Virus record (IMG/VR): IMGVR_UViG_3300027859_000890
Coordinates: 32,001-96,000 of that record
Length of the DNA: 64,000 nt
Direction: 5' to 3' (one strand)
Source: a virus
Shown: positions 1-8,657 of the stretch, piece after piece
How the letters are laid out: every line of letters starts with the position of its first letter
Numbering within the stretch: the stretch's first letter is position 1
Notes under the pieces: model-generated
The model's database searches: none
What the model was told of the DNA's origin: nothing
What the model saw: only the letters and a program-made list of their open reading frames with translations
Translations under genes and position numbers: made by a program

Positions 1-2
1 GG

Positions 3-575
3 ATGCCAGAACACTTGTGGCCAACAGAACTTAAAGGCTTTAAAGGCAGTGCATTAGCAAGCATAAATATTGCTGATAGATTAACATTACGCATTTTGGA
101 GAAGTTTGATACTATCTTAGATACAGGCACTACATTAGTAGATGCACATAAAGTTCCATTCAACACAACAAGAGTGATACATTATCCAGCATATGATGGA
201 CCTATGTTAGACAAACAAATGCGTATAGGAGAACATAGTGACTACGGTACTATTACTTTACTTTGGCAAATTAATGATGTCCCCGGACTTCAAGTTCAAG
301 ACCTTGCTGGCGACTGGCATCCAGTACCCTATGCGGACGACGGCGTTGTTGTTAACATTGGTGACTTACTACAGCGTTGGACTAATGATTATTTTAAAAG
401 TACTAAACATAGAGTGGTGAACACTCACATACATCAACAGAGATATTCAATGCCACACTTTGTTGATCCTACACCTGGAACAATAGTGAAAAACTTGCGT
501 AAAGGCGAAGAGGATAAGTATGACCCAATTGAATCCAAAGAATATTTGATGTGGCGACTAGCACAGAGTTATTGA
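3..575 (+). CDS. 2OG-Fe(II) oxygenase, isopenicillin N synthase-like (possibly 5' partial)
   Basis: HSD...H facial triad (HSDYG, HRVV) and RYS 2OG-binding motif. Confidence 0.85.
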   Translation: MPEHLWPTELKGFKGSALASINIADRLTLRILEKFDTILDTGTTLVDAHKVPFNTTRVIHYPAYDGPMLDKQMRIGEHSDYGTITLLWQINDVPGLQVQDLAGDWHPVPYADDGVVVNIGDLLQRWTNDYFKSTKHRVVNTHIHQQRYSMPHFVDPTPGTIVKNLRKGEEDKYDPIESKEYLMWRLAQSY

Positions 576-576
576 T

Positions 577-1002
577 ATGACATATAGAACTAATGCAGAT
601 TTATTTGAAGTAGGAGATTTTATAAGCCACGCAGGGTTACCATTGCCTTGGAAGATTGAGTGTGATGCTATACGACCTGAATGGTGGGATGGACTTGCCC
701 GTATGGTTATGGATTACCAAACAAGACCATTTTACAAAGCAGTAGGCATTCCACGAGGCGGTATTCCGTTTGCACAAGCAATGAACAAATATGCAAGTGG
801 TGATCCTAATGATCAAGTTATGATTTGTGACGATGTGTTTACTACAGGTACAAGTATGAAAGAATTCATTGAACAAGAATATCCAGATTGGACAATGGGT
901 CAAGGATATCGTTGGGTTGTGTTTGCAAGGCAACCTAGCAATGTACATCCATATCACGTAAGAGCATTATTCACTATGCCAACAAAGCCAAGGGAAGAAT
1001 AA
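577..1002 (+). CDS. Type I phosphoribosyltransferase (orotate PRTase-like)
   Basis: PRPP loop ICDDVFTTGTS; GIPRGG. Confidence 0.8.
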   Translation: MTYRTNADLFEVGDFISHAGLPLPWKIECDAIRPEWWDGLARMVMDYQTRPFYKAVGIPRGGIPFAQAMNKYASGDPNDQVMICDDVFTTGTSMKEFIEQEYPDWTMGQGYRWVVFARQPSNVHPYHVRALFTMPTKPREE

Positions 1003-1910
1003 TGCAAGTAGAAAGTTTGAACGGTGTAGCAACACAAATTAACAATGTTGATATTACAAATCTAAGTGATAGTGATGCAGATAAAATCAAAAACATTTTA
1101 CGCAAAGATCTTATTGTAGTTTTAAAACATCAAGAAAGATTGCCTTTTTGGTTTGTTAATTTTGTTGAACGTATAGGCACCGTTGCTAACTACAGGCAAA
1201 TGATTTACACAAAAGAAGGGGAGTTTTATATTGGTAAGACTCCTCCAAATACAAATAGCTGGGATAAAGATAAAGAATTATATCCTATACAAAGAACAAC
1301 TGCAAAAAAGAATAAAAAGGGTATATCAACTGGTATATTCAGTTCGGGTATATTAGATTGGCACGCCAACTTAAATGGTTTAGATCGTGCTGATGGTGTA
1401 GCACTACAAGGTTATGAAGGCTGCGAAAACACAAGCACAAGTTATTTGAATACAAATTTAGCCTACAATGACTTAGATGGTGACTTTAAAAAAGAATTAG
1501 AAGGCGTGTATTGTGAATATGAATACACACCAGAAGTATGGGCAAAGGGCTTGCCCGAAACACAATATAAAATGATGAAAAAGGACGGACAAGAAGGTCC
1601 TTATAAAATGTGGCTGCTCCAACAAAATATTGCAGGTGTAAAGGGCATTTATTTTTACACTAATAATAAATGTAAGATTATCACAGAAGATGAAAAACTG
1701 TTCCAACGTTTGTACGATCATATGTTCCAAGACAAATATGTATATCAACATTGGTATGAACCAGGAGATATTGTGTTAATGGATCAACTTTTAACTTTAC
1801 ACAAGCGTGATCAAAATGATCCGGAAATACTTGCACAAAGAGTGCTCCATAGAATTACATTTCGGATAAGTAATTATAATAATTTCATAGCAGACAAAAA
1901 TAAGGTATAG
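1002..1910 (+). CDS. TauD/TfdA-family dioxygenase
   Basis: WHAN, W-x-PGDIVLMDQ-x-x-TLH-x-R, RVLHRIT. Confidence 0.75.
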   Translation: MQVESLNGVATQINNVDITNLSDSDADKIKNILRKDLIVVLKHQERLPFWFVNFVERIGTVANYRQMIYTKEGEFYIGKTPPNTNSWDKDKELYPIQRTTAKKNKKGISTGIFSSGILDWHANLNGLDRADGVALQGYEGCENTSTSYLNTNLAYNDLDGDFKKELEGVYCEYEYTPEVWAKGLPETQYKMMKKDGQEGPYKMWLLQQNIAGVKGIYFYTNNKCKIITEDEKLFQRLYDHMFQDKYVYQHWYEPGDIVLMDQLLTLHKRDQNDPEILAQRVLHRITFRISNYNNFIADKNKV

Positions 1911-1937
1911 TGCTACACTTTAGCGCATCTACAAAAC

Positions 1938-1965
1938 TTGACATACCTACAAAAAAACATATAAT
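1938..1965 (+). promoter_or_regulatory. Consensus sigma70-type promoter of the cox operon
   Basis: TTGACA-16nt-TATAAT just upstream of cox2. Confidence 0.8.
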
Positions 1966-1988
1966 TACTTAATAAGATAAGGAAAACA

Positions 1989-2729
1989 ATGCAAGAACTT
2001 GAAATAGTCGGTGCTCCAAGAAGCGGAGCAATGGGCTTCCAGCCAGCAGCCACTAGCCTAGCGGAAGGCATCTTTGCACTTGATGCAATGCTACTGGTTA
2101 TAATTACAGCAATTAGTATATTTGTTACAGCGTTAATGATATACACATTTATACGCTACAACCGCAAGCGTAATCCAACACCAGCAACGTTTACACATAA
2201 TAGTCCAATAGAAGTAGCGTGGACAATTGTACCTGTGTTTATATTGTTGTTCATAGGTATGCTTACATTACCTGAACTATTTAGGCAACAGATTATACCA
2301 GAAGCAGATGTAAGAATAAAAGTTACAGGCTATAGTTGGTATTGGGGATATGAATACACAGACCACGATTTTGGCTTTGACAGTTATATGCTTGAAAAAG
2401 AACAACTTGCAGAATATGGTTATGACGATGAATACTATTTGTTAGCAACAGATACAGCAGTGGTTGTACCTGTAAACAAAACTGTGGTAATGAATATCAC
2501 AGGAGGCGATGTTATACATAGTTGGAAGATACCTGCGTTTGGAGTAATGCAAGATGCAGTGCCCGGCAGACTAGCACAGTTATGGTTCAAGCCTGAACGT
2601 GAAGGCATTTACTTTGGACAGTGTTCAGAACTATGTGGTAAGAATCACGCATATATGCCTATCACTGTTAAAGTTGTAAGTGAAGTAGAATATAATAAAT
2701 GGCTTGAATGGGCTGCCAATGAATATTAA
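1989..2729 (+). CDS. ctaC: aa3-type cytochrome c oxidase subunit II
   Basis: Two TM helices, WYWGYEY, DVIHSW and CuA motif CSELCGKNHAYM. Confidence 0.97.
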   Translation: MQELEIVGAPRSGAMGFQPAATSLAEGIFALDAMLLVIITAISIFVTALMIYTFIRYNRKRNPTPATFTHNSPIEVAWTIVPVFILLFIGMLTLPELFRQQIIPEADVRIKVTGYSWYWGYEYTDHDFGFDSYMLEKEQLAEYGYDDEYYLLATDTAVVVPVNKTVVMNITGGDVIHSWKIPAFGVMQDAVPGRLAQLWFKPEREGIYFGQCSELCGKNHAYMPITVKVVSEVEYNKWLEWAANEY

Positions 2730-3237
2730 ATTAGCATTGAAACTTGTTTTTATTGGAGTAGCAATGGGAGCATTGGCTTTTGCCAGTGTGCCATTTTATG
2801 ATTGGTTTTGTAGAACAACAGGATTTGGCGGAACACCACTTACAGCAGAAAGTGTAGAAGTAGAAGCATTGGATAAAACTATTACAGTTAGATTTGATGC
2901 AAACGTAGATTCAGACTTTCCTTGGTTGTTTTCACCAATGCAAAAGAAAATGGAAGTGCGTATAGGCGAATCAGAAATGGCTTTTTACCAAGTGCATAAT
3001 CCAACAGATGAAACAATGGCAGGCACTGCTACATTTAATGTAGTGCCTATGAGTGCAGGAGCATACTTTGTTAAGACAGAATGTTTTTGCTTTCAGCACC
3101 AAGAACTAGCACCTGGGCAGACAGAAGAAATGCCTGTTAGTTTTTATATAGATCCGGAGATATTAGAAGACAGAGAAACAGATTATCTTCAAACAATTAC
3201 ACTCAGTTACACATTTTATGAAAAGGATACACAATGA
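2719..3237 (+). CDS. ctaG: Cytochrome c oxidase copper chaperone Cox11/CtaG
   Basis: [15 protein letters not shown] and CFCF Cu motif; ATG at 2719 preferred. Confidence 0.95.
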   Translation: MNIKLALKLVFIGVAMGALAFASVPFYDWFCRTTGFGGTPLTAESVEVEALDKTITVRFDANVDSDFPWLFSPMQKKMEVRIGESEMAFYQVHNPTDETMAGTATFNVVPMSAGAYFVKTECFCFQHQELAPGQTEEMPVSFYIDPEILEDRETDYLQTITLSYTFYEKDTQ

Positions 3238-4892
3238 CAGACGCAACACACGATGAATATCAGTCAGGATGGTTCACTAGATGGTTTATGAGTACAAACC
3301 ATAAAGATATTGGAATATTGTATTTGATTACTGCTGCCGTTATAGGTTTTATCAGTGTGGCATTGACAGTTTATATGCGTATGGAACTTATGCAACCTGG
3401 TGTACAATTTATGTGCGATGAAGGCGCTAGACTTATTATAGACAGCAGTGAATGTACACCAAACGGACACTTGTGGAATGTTGTAATTACATCACACGGT
3501 ATCCTTATGATGTTTTTTGTGTTGATACCTGCACTGTTTGGAGGCTTTGGTAACTATTTTATGCCGTTGCAAATTGGTGCACCTGATATGGCTTTTCCTA
3601 GAATGAATAATTTAAGTTATTGGTTGTATGTTGCAGGTGTTACACTTGCTATTTGTAGTTTGTTTGTGCCAGGAGGCAGTGGACAAAACGGTGCTGGTGT
3701 AGGTTGGGTAATGTATCCACCGCTAAGTAGCACTGAAGGTGGTATGAGTATGGACCTAGCTATCTTTGCGTTGCACGTATCGGGCGTCAGCAGTATACTT
3801 GGTGCAATCAATATTATTACTACATTTTTGAATATGCGAGCACCTGGAATGACACTACACAAAGTTCCTTTGTTTGCTTGGAGTATATTTGTAACAGGTT
3901 GGTTAATACTGTTGAGTCTACCTGTGCTGGCAGGTGCAATTACAATGTTGCTTACAGATAGAAACTTTGGTACAACATTCTTTGATCCTGCAGGTGGCGG
4001 TGATCCTATATTGTATCAACACATATTTTGGTTCTTTGGACACCCAGAAGTTTACATTATTATTTTACCAGGCTTTGGATTGATATCACATATTGTTGCA
4101 ACGTTTTCACGTAAGCCTATTTTTGGTTACTTGCCAATGGTATATGCAATGGTTGCAATTGGTGCATTAGGTTTTGTTGTATGGGCTCACCATATGTATA
4201 CAGTTGGTTTGTCAGTTACACAACAATCATATTTTATGTTGGCAACAATGGTAATTGCTATACCAACAGGTATAAAAATCTTCAGCTGGGTAGCAACACT
4301 TTGGGGTGGTAGTATAGAATTTAAAACACCAATGCTATGGGCTTTAGGATTTATATTTTTGTTTACAGTAGGAGGCGTAACAGGTATTGTGCTTTCACAA
4401 TCACCAGTTGATAGAGCATATCACGACACTTATTATGTTGTGGCACACTTTCATTACGTTATGTCGCTAGGTGCTGCCTTCTCAGTGTTTGCTGGAATAT
4501 ATTATTATTGGGGTAAAATGACTGGTAGGATGTACAGTGAATGGATGGGCAAGTTACATTTTTGGATGATGTTTATTGGTTCAAACGTAACATTCTTTCC
4601 ACAGCATTTTTTAGGACGCCAAGGTATGCCAAGACGTTATATTGATTATCCAGAAGCATTTGCATTGTGGAACTATGTAAGCAGTTTGGGTGCGTTCTTA
4701 GCATTTGCAAGTTTCATATTGTTCTTTTGGATAATGGCACATAGTTTCTTTTTTGGCAGACGTATTACAGAAACTAATTATTGGAACGAGTATGCAGATA
4801 CATTAGAATGGACACTACCTTGCCCACCACCAGAACACACTTTTGAAATATTGCCAAAAAGAGAGGATTGGGACAAAAGTGCTACACATTAA
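3234..4892 (+). CDS. ctaD: aa3-type cytochrome c oxidase subunit I (type A1)
   Basis: [49 protein letters not shown]. Confidence 0.98.
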   Translation: MTDATHDEYQSGWFTRWFMSTNHKDIGILYLITAAVIGFISVALTVYMRMELMQPGVQFMCDEGARLIIDSSECTPNGHLWNVVITSHGILMMFFVLIPALFGGFGNYFMPLQIGAPDMAFPRMNNLSYWLYVAGVTLAICSLFVPGGSGQNGAGVGWVMYPPLSSTEGGMSMDLAIFALHVSGVSSILGAINIITTFLNMRAPGMTLHKVPLFAWSIFVTGWLILLSLPVLAGAITMLLTDRNFGTTFFDPAGGGDPILYQHIFWFFGHPEVYIIILPGFGLISHIVATFSRKPIFGYLPMVYAMVAIGALGFVVWAHHMYTVGLSVTQQSYFMLATMVIAIPTGIKIFSWVATLWGGSIEFKTPMLWALGFIFLFTVGGVTGIVLSQSPVDRAYHDTYYVVAHFHYVMSLGAAFSVFAGIYYYWGKMTGRMYSEWMGKLHFWMMFIGSNVTFFPQHFLGRQGMPRRYIDYPEAFALWNYVSSLGAFLAFASFILFFWIMAHSFFFGRRITETNYWNEYADTLEWTLPCPPPEHTFEILPKREDWDKSATH

Positions 4893-4906
4893 CGCAGGCA
4901 ATAAGG

Positions 4907-4935
4907 TTGACTTTTACTTAAAAATTTGCTATATA
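4907..4935 (+). promoter_or_regulatory. Early sigma70-type promoter
   Basis: GGTTGACT-17nt-TATATA with TGn extended -10. Confidence 0.6.
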
Positions 4936-4967
4936 TAATATAAGAATAACACACACACGGAGTTAGT

Positions 4968-5396
4968 ATGAATCAAAAACCAAACCCAATTGGTTGGGCA
5001 AACACCATCTCTTCAATACAAAACGAATTTAAATCTATGTGGTCAATAATAATGACCATCGAAAACTCGCCACTGAAGAAACTTGATCCTAGAGTAGCTC
5101 ATATGTTGTTTCTAATTTTGGCTTTTATGTGGAGCGGAATCTTTGCAGTAATGATTGGCAGTGTAACTGCTTTTGGTATTAGTGCAATAGCACACATTAT
5201 CTTAGTTTCAGGAACAGCAATTACTATTATGGTATTTAATGAAGCAGACAAAAGACCAGACAGTCTAAATAAAACTGTTGAATCTTTTAAACTAGTAAGT
5301 GGCTATCATAGCTTTCCGCGAGCCAGGCAGAATTTGTGGGTAAACGGACAAAAAGTACAATTAGATGATAAAGATCCAGGAGGCGAACACGAATGA
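4968..5396 (+). CDS. Hypothetical membrane protein (2 TM)
   Basis: GGAG RBS, two hydrophobic segments. Confidence 0.7.
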   Translation: MNQKPNPIGWANTISSIQNEFKSMWSIIMTIENSPLKKLDPRVAHMLFLILAFMWSGIFAVMIGSVTAFGISAIAHIILVSGTAITIMVFNEADKRPDSLNKTVESFKLVSGYHSFPRARQNLWVNGQKVQLDDKDPGGEHE

Positions 5397-5584
5397 CTTA
5401 TAATTTTTTTAACAAGAACAATGGTGACGCTTTTTCTATGCAGTTTGATAATGAGCATAAGAAAGATGTGTACGTAAGTAGTAACCCCAATTTGGTTTGT
5501 TTAGGCGAGCAAGAATTTACCTTGCCTACTCGTCACGTAAGAATGCAAAACAAAGAAGAGGAGTTTGCCGGATGGGGAAGCTAA
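5393..5584 (+). CDS. Hypothetical protein
   Basis: ATGA overlap with upstream gene. Confidence 0.55.
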   Translation: MTYNFFNKNNGDAFSMQFDNEHKKDVYVSSNPNLVCLGEQEFTLPTRHVRMQNKEEEFAGWGS

Positions 5585-5642
5585 TTAGAAAAATTAAAGT
5601 TGAATTTCCTTGGACAAAAAATTTACCTGAGGTTACTGGTAG

Positions 5643-5858
5643 GTGACTGATCCAAGAGTAGAAGCCCAAGCAGAAGCTGAACGTACATTTGATCAGTTTA
5701 TGGTTTGGACAAAAAGGGTTGTAATATATAGTATAATATTTTTAATGATTGTGCTATTTGGTTGCAACAATGGTGTAGAAGTAGGCCCTAATGCTACAGG
5801 GTCAAAATATAATGGAGAACAATATGCTCCGTCTAATATTAATGTTAAGGATTATTAA
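5643..5858 (+). CDS. Probable aa3 cytochrome c oxidase subunit IV-like protein
   Basis: EAERTFDQFMVWTKRVVIYSIIFLMIVLF resembles the alphaproteobacterial subunit IV pattern (E-x-TF-x-x-F plus one TM helix); 750 nt downstream of cox1. Confidence 0.6.
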   Translation: MTDPRVEAQAEAERTFDQFMVWTKRVVIYSIIFLMIVLFGCNNGVEVGPNATGSKYNGEQYAPSNINVKDY

Positions 5859-6271
5859 TGAGTAGACTAAAAAATATTGTAAATCGTATACCAGAATTTT
5901 GTATGAGTCACTGGTTAATAAGAATACCTCTTGCTATTGTATTCTTACAACAAGGTTTTAGTAAACTTCCTGTTACTATAGAAGGAGCAGAGTCTTTTGA
6001 CTTGCCTTATATTGTTTGGTGGTTTGCGGCATATGGTGAAATTGGTGCAGGTATAGGTTTACTAGTTGGTGGTTTAGTTTTTTATAAAGCAATAGCTGAA
6101 CTGCAAGATATTATCACAAGATTTTCAGGTATTACTATTTGTAGTATTATGACAGGAGTAATATGGATAGGAGAGCCAGAAAGTCTTTGGGACGTTATTT
6201 GGTACGATAACTTACACGTATTTTTATGGGTAGGAGGTTTGTTCTTTGCTTTGCGAGGCAATAGAACTTGA
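5858..6271 (+). CDS. DoxX-family membrane protein
   Basis: LIRIPLAIVFLQQGFSK, AYGEIGAGIGLLVG, TRFSG. Confidence 0.8.
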   Translation: MSRLKNIVNRIPEFCMSHWLIRIPLAIVFLQQGFSKLPVTIEGAESFDLPYIVWWFAAYGEIGAGIGLLVGGLVFYKAIAELQDIITRFSGITICSIMTGVIWIGEPESLWDVIWYDNLHVFLWVGGLFFALRGNRT

Positions 6272-6477
6272 GCGGACAAAGACGTATGCTCAAATGGTGG
6301 GCAAGAACAGTTGGTATGCCTATTGGTATCACCGACGATGATAAACCAGAGTTCTTGCCTATATCACAAACAGATGTCAAACGTGCTTTATGGGCAAGGA
6401 CATTTTGGATTGTGTTACATATATTAACTTGTTGCTTCATTATAGCAGGCAACGGAAAAACACTAGGAGTTTGGTAG
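6268..6477 (+). CDS. Small membrane protein
   Basis: TTGA overlap; C-terminal TM segment. Confidence 0.6.
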   Translation: MSGQRRMLKWWARTVGMPIGITDDDKPEFLPISQTDVKRALWARTFWIVLHILTCCFIIAGNGKTLGVW

Positions 6478-6605
6478 TGATTAAAATAATTGGATATTTC
6501 AAAGACAGTGTTGTTTCACGTGTGTTTGACAATGAATGGGACGCAATGGATTATAGAGATACATTAGATGCACATTATGCAAAAGTAGAATGGGTGTATC
6601 TATAA
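6477..6605 (+). CDS. Hypothetical protein (42 aa)
   Basis: GTG start after GGAG, abuts flanking genes. Confidence 0.5.
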   Translation: MIKIIGYFKDSVVSRVFDNEWDAMDYRDTLDAHYAKVEWVYL

Positions 6606-6730
6606 TGTGGGACGCAATAATATTTTTTGGTGTAGTTTATGGTTATACATTTGGTATGATTGCATTTGCATATATAAGCCACAATATACATACAAGAGAT
6701 CCTTTTGGTAATAGTGGAATGAGATTATGA
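6605..6730 (+). CDS. Small membrane protein (41 aa, not in ORF track)
   Basis: MWDAIIFFGVVYGYTFGMIAFAYI...; TAATG and ATGA overlaps on both sides. Confidence 0.5.
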   Translation: MWDAIIFFGVVYGYTFGMIAFAYISHNIHTRDPFGNSGMRL

Positions 6731-6951
6731 AGTTTTTAATTATAGTTATGTTAACAATAGGTGATCCTTTTATTATAAAAACACTGAAGTTTGATAGTAA
6801 AGAAGAATGTGTAAAATATGTAATGAATCCAGCGAATGCAGATGTACTTGCAATCGAAACAATAGCAGTGGCAGGTTTCAATGATCCTATGACAGCTATA
6901 CTGTGTTTACCAGAAAATCAAAATGTAGTGGAGGTGCCTAATGAAGCCTAA
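6727..6951 (+). CDS. Small secreted hypothetical protein
   Basis: Hydrophobic N-terminus, FDSKEEC and a second Cys. Confidence 0.6.
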   Translation: MKFLIIVMLTIGDPFIIKTLKFDSKEECVKYVMNPANADVLAIETIAVAGFNDPMTAILCLPENQNVVEVPNEA

Positions 6952-7162
6952 TAATAAATTTGAATTATCAGTTGAGGATATTGATATTATAGAGACTGCT
7001 CTTAGAGCAAAAGCCGGACGTAGAGGTATGAAAATACTTACAGGTGAAGGCGATGTGAATAAGTATAAGAAAGAAGCAGAAGAAATTACCAACCTTCTAG
7101 GACGTATACACGATCAAAAAGTATGGTTTCGTTCTAGAGATAAAGTCTATGTAGGAGGATAA
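6941..7162 (+). CDS. Hypothetical protein
   Basis: GGAGG RBS, overlap with upstream gene. Confidence 0.65.
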   Translation: MKPNNKFELSVEDIDIIETALRAKAGRRGMKILTGEGDVNKYKKEAEEITNLLGRIHDQKVWFRSRDKVYVGG

Positions 7163-7163
7163 T

Positions 7164-7601
7164 ATGATTAGACTATTGACTACTCTAGCAATGCTAGTAG
7201 CAATGGCAATTCCTGCCGTTGCAGAAGATGTTACACTTGAAATGTGGAACAAAGACCCAGAAGATAAGAAACGCAAAATGGTTTTCTCAGAAGAGATTGT
7301 AACTATTGAACCAGGACAATCTATTACTTGGTTAGCATCAGATAAAGGACACAATGTTCAAATGATTGCAGGACCAAAAGGCGTAGACTTACCAGGTAAA
7401 TCAAAAATATCAAAAGATGTTACTTTGTCATTTGATGACCCAGGTGTGTACGTTTATGTTTGTACACCACACGCAACAATGGGTATGATTGGCGTAGTTG
7501 TTGTAGGTGAAGCAACTGAAGAAGCTATTAAAGCAGTTGAAAAAGCAAAAGTACGTGGCAAGTCAAAGAAGAAGCTACAGAAACTATTAAAAGAACTTTG
7601 A
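7164..7601 (+). CDS. Pseudoazurin (type 1 blue copper protein)
   Basis: Signal peptide, DKGHNV and YVCTPHATMGM copper ligands. Confidence 0.9.
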   Translation: MIRLLTTLAMLVAMAIPAVAEDVTLEMWNKDPEDKKRKMVFSEEIVTIEPGQSITWLASDKGHNVQMIAGPKGVDLPGKSKISKDVTLSFDDPGVYVYVCTPHATMGMIGVVVVGEATEEAIKAVEKAKVRGKSKKKLQKLLKEL

Positions 7602-7677
7602 TACTAAAATTGTTGTTTTTAAGCAACACCTATTGCAAATCTGTTACAAAATAGCGCACCTAGTTTCACAAAGTGCA

Positions 7678-7721
7678 TAAATAATACTGCGAAAGGGCAA
7701 GCGTTGAAAAACTTGCCCTTT
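7678..7721 (+). promoter_or_regulatory. TAAATA late-type promoter followed by a 10-bp 5' UTR hairpin
   Basis: TAAATA 7678-7683; AAAGGGCAAG (7692-7701) pairs with CTTGCCCTTT (7712-7721). Confidence 0.55.
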
Positions 7722-7756
7722 GCCATATCCACATAATAAAAAGAAGGAAATATATT

Positions 7757-8548
7757 ATGCGCAAGGTATTTACCACAATGGCAGCAATGATGGTCGCGGG
7801 TGCGGCATTTGCTGAAGCACCAGCAGTATCAGGTCCGATGCTGTCAGGTGAAGTGGAACTAAAGTTCACACAAGATGCAACCACTGACAAATGGGGTGGT
7901 GCAATGGGTCTAGACTTAGGTATAGATGCAAACGGAGTAGCAAGTGTTGATCTTGATCTATCTGCACAAGACGGCGGATCAGTTACATTAGACAACTGGA
8001 CAGTTGGCACAAATGTAGCAGGTGTAGGCGTTGCAGTTGGTGACGACAATGGTGTGTTTGTTGGAGCAGAAGGCGAGCAAACAATCGCAGCCCCAGCAAT
8101 GACTGAGTCAGTAAAAGTAACTGTAGGCGATGCAGCCGTAGCAGTTGGTTTGACAGACTGGACAACTGATGCATTTGATATCAGCAACATTCAAGGTTCG
8201 TATGCAATTGGTGACGTAGCTGGTTTATCAGTTACGGCATCAGGTGACTATAACTTGGACAGTGAAAACATTGTACTAGGTGGTGCAGTAGGCGGACTAG
8301 AAGCAGGACCAGCAGGCATTAGCAGTACTGTAACATATGATGTTGATGCAGAACTATGGGGATTCGAAGGCGTTGCAACAATGGGTGCTATTACAGCATA
8401 TGCAAACGGTGACGATACAGATCTACTACAAAACGTAGGTGGTGACTATGAATACAATTTAGGTGGAGCAACATTGAACACCGGAATGGTATACAACTTA
8501 GATTCAGAAGAATTTACACCATCAGCAAGTGTTAGTTTTAACTTCTAA
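7757..8548 (+). CDS. Outer-membrane porin-like beta-barrel
   Basis: Signal peptide ending AFA, alternating beta-strand pattern, C-terminal VSFNF beta-signal. Confidence 0.75.
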   Translation: MRKVFTTMAAMMVAGAAFAEAPAVSGPMLSGEVELKFTQDATTDKWGGAMGLDLGIDANGVASVDLDLSAQDGGSVTLDNWTVGTNVAGVGVAVGDDNGVFVGAEGEQTIAAPAMTESVKVTVGDAAVAVGLTDWTTDAFDISNIQGSYAIGDVAGLSVTASGDYNLDSENIVLGGAVGGLEAGPAGISSTVTYDVDAELWGFEGVATMGAITAYANGDDTDLLQNVGGDYEYNLGGATLNTGMVYNLDSEEFTPSASVSFNF

Positions 8549-8567
8549 TCACTGCAAACACAAGATT

Positions 8568-8592
8568 AAAAAGAGCCTCCGGGCTCTTTTTT
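8568..8592 (+). terminator. Rho-independent terminator (potentially bidirectional)
   Basis: AAAAAGAGCC-TCCG-GGCTCTTTTTT. Confidence 0.85.
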
Positions 8593-8657
8593 CATTTATA
8601 AATACTTGCACAAAATAATATGTTGTGTTATTATAAAGTATTAGCTAAAAGGTTACT

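Noticed and set aside
1989-4892. cox genes as host contamination or misassembly
   Set aside because: They share the low GC, CATG avoidance and promoter style of the flanks and have a non-bacterial gene order; read-level confirmation is still needed.
7689-7723. Possible c-di-GMP-I riboswitch before the porin (GGCAA...GAAA)
   Set aside because: It forms one simple hairpin; the GACGCAAAG junction and second stem are missing.
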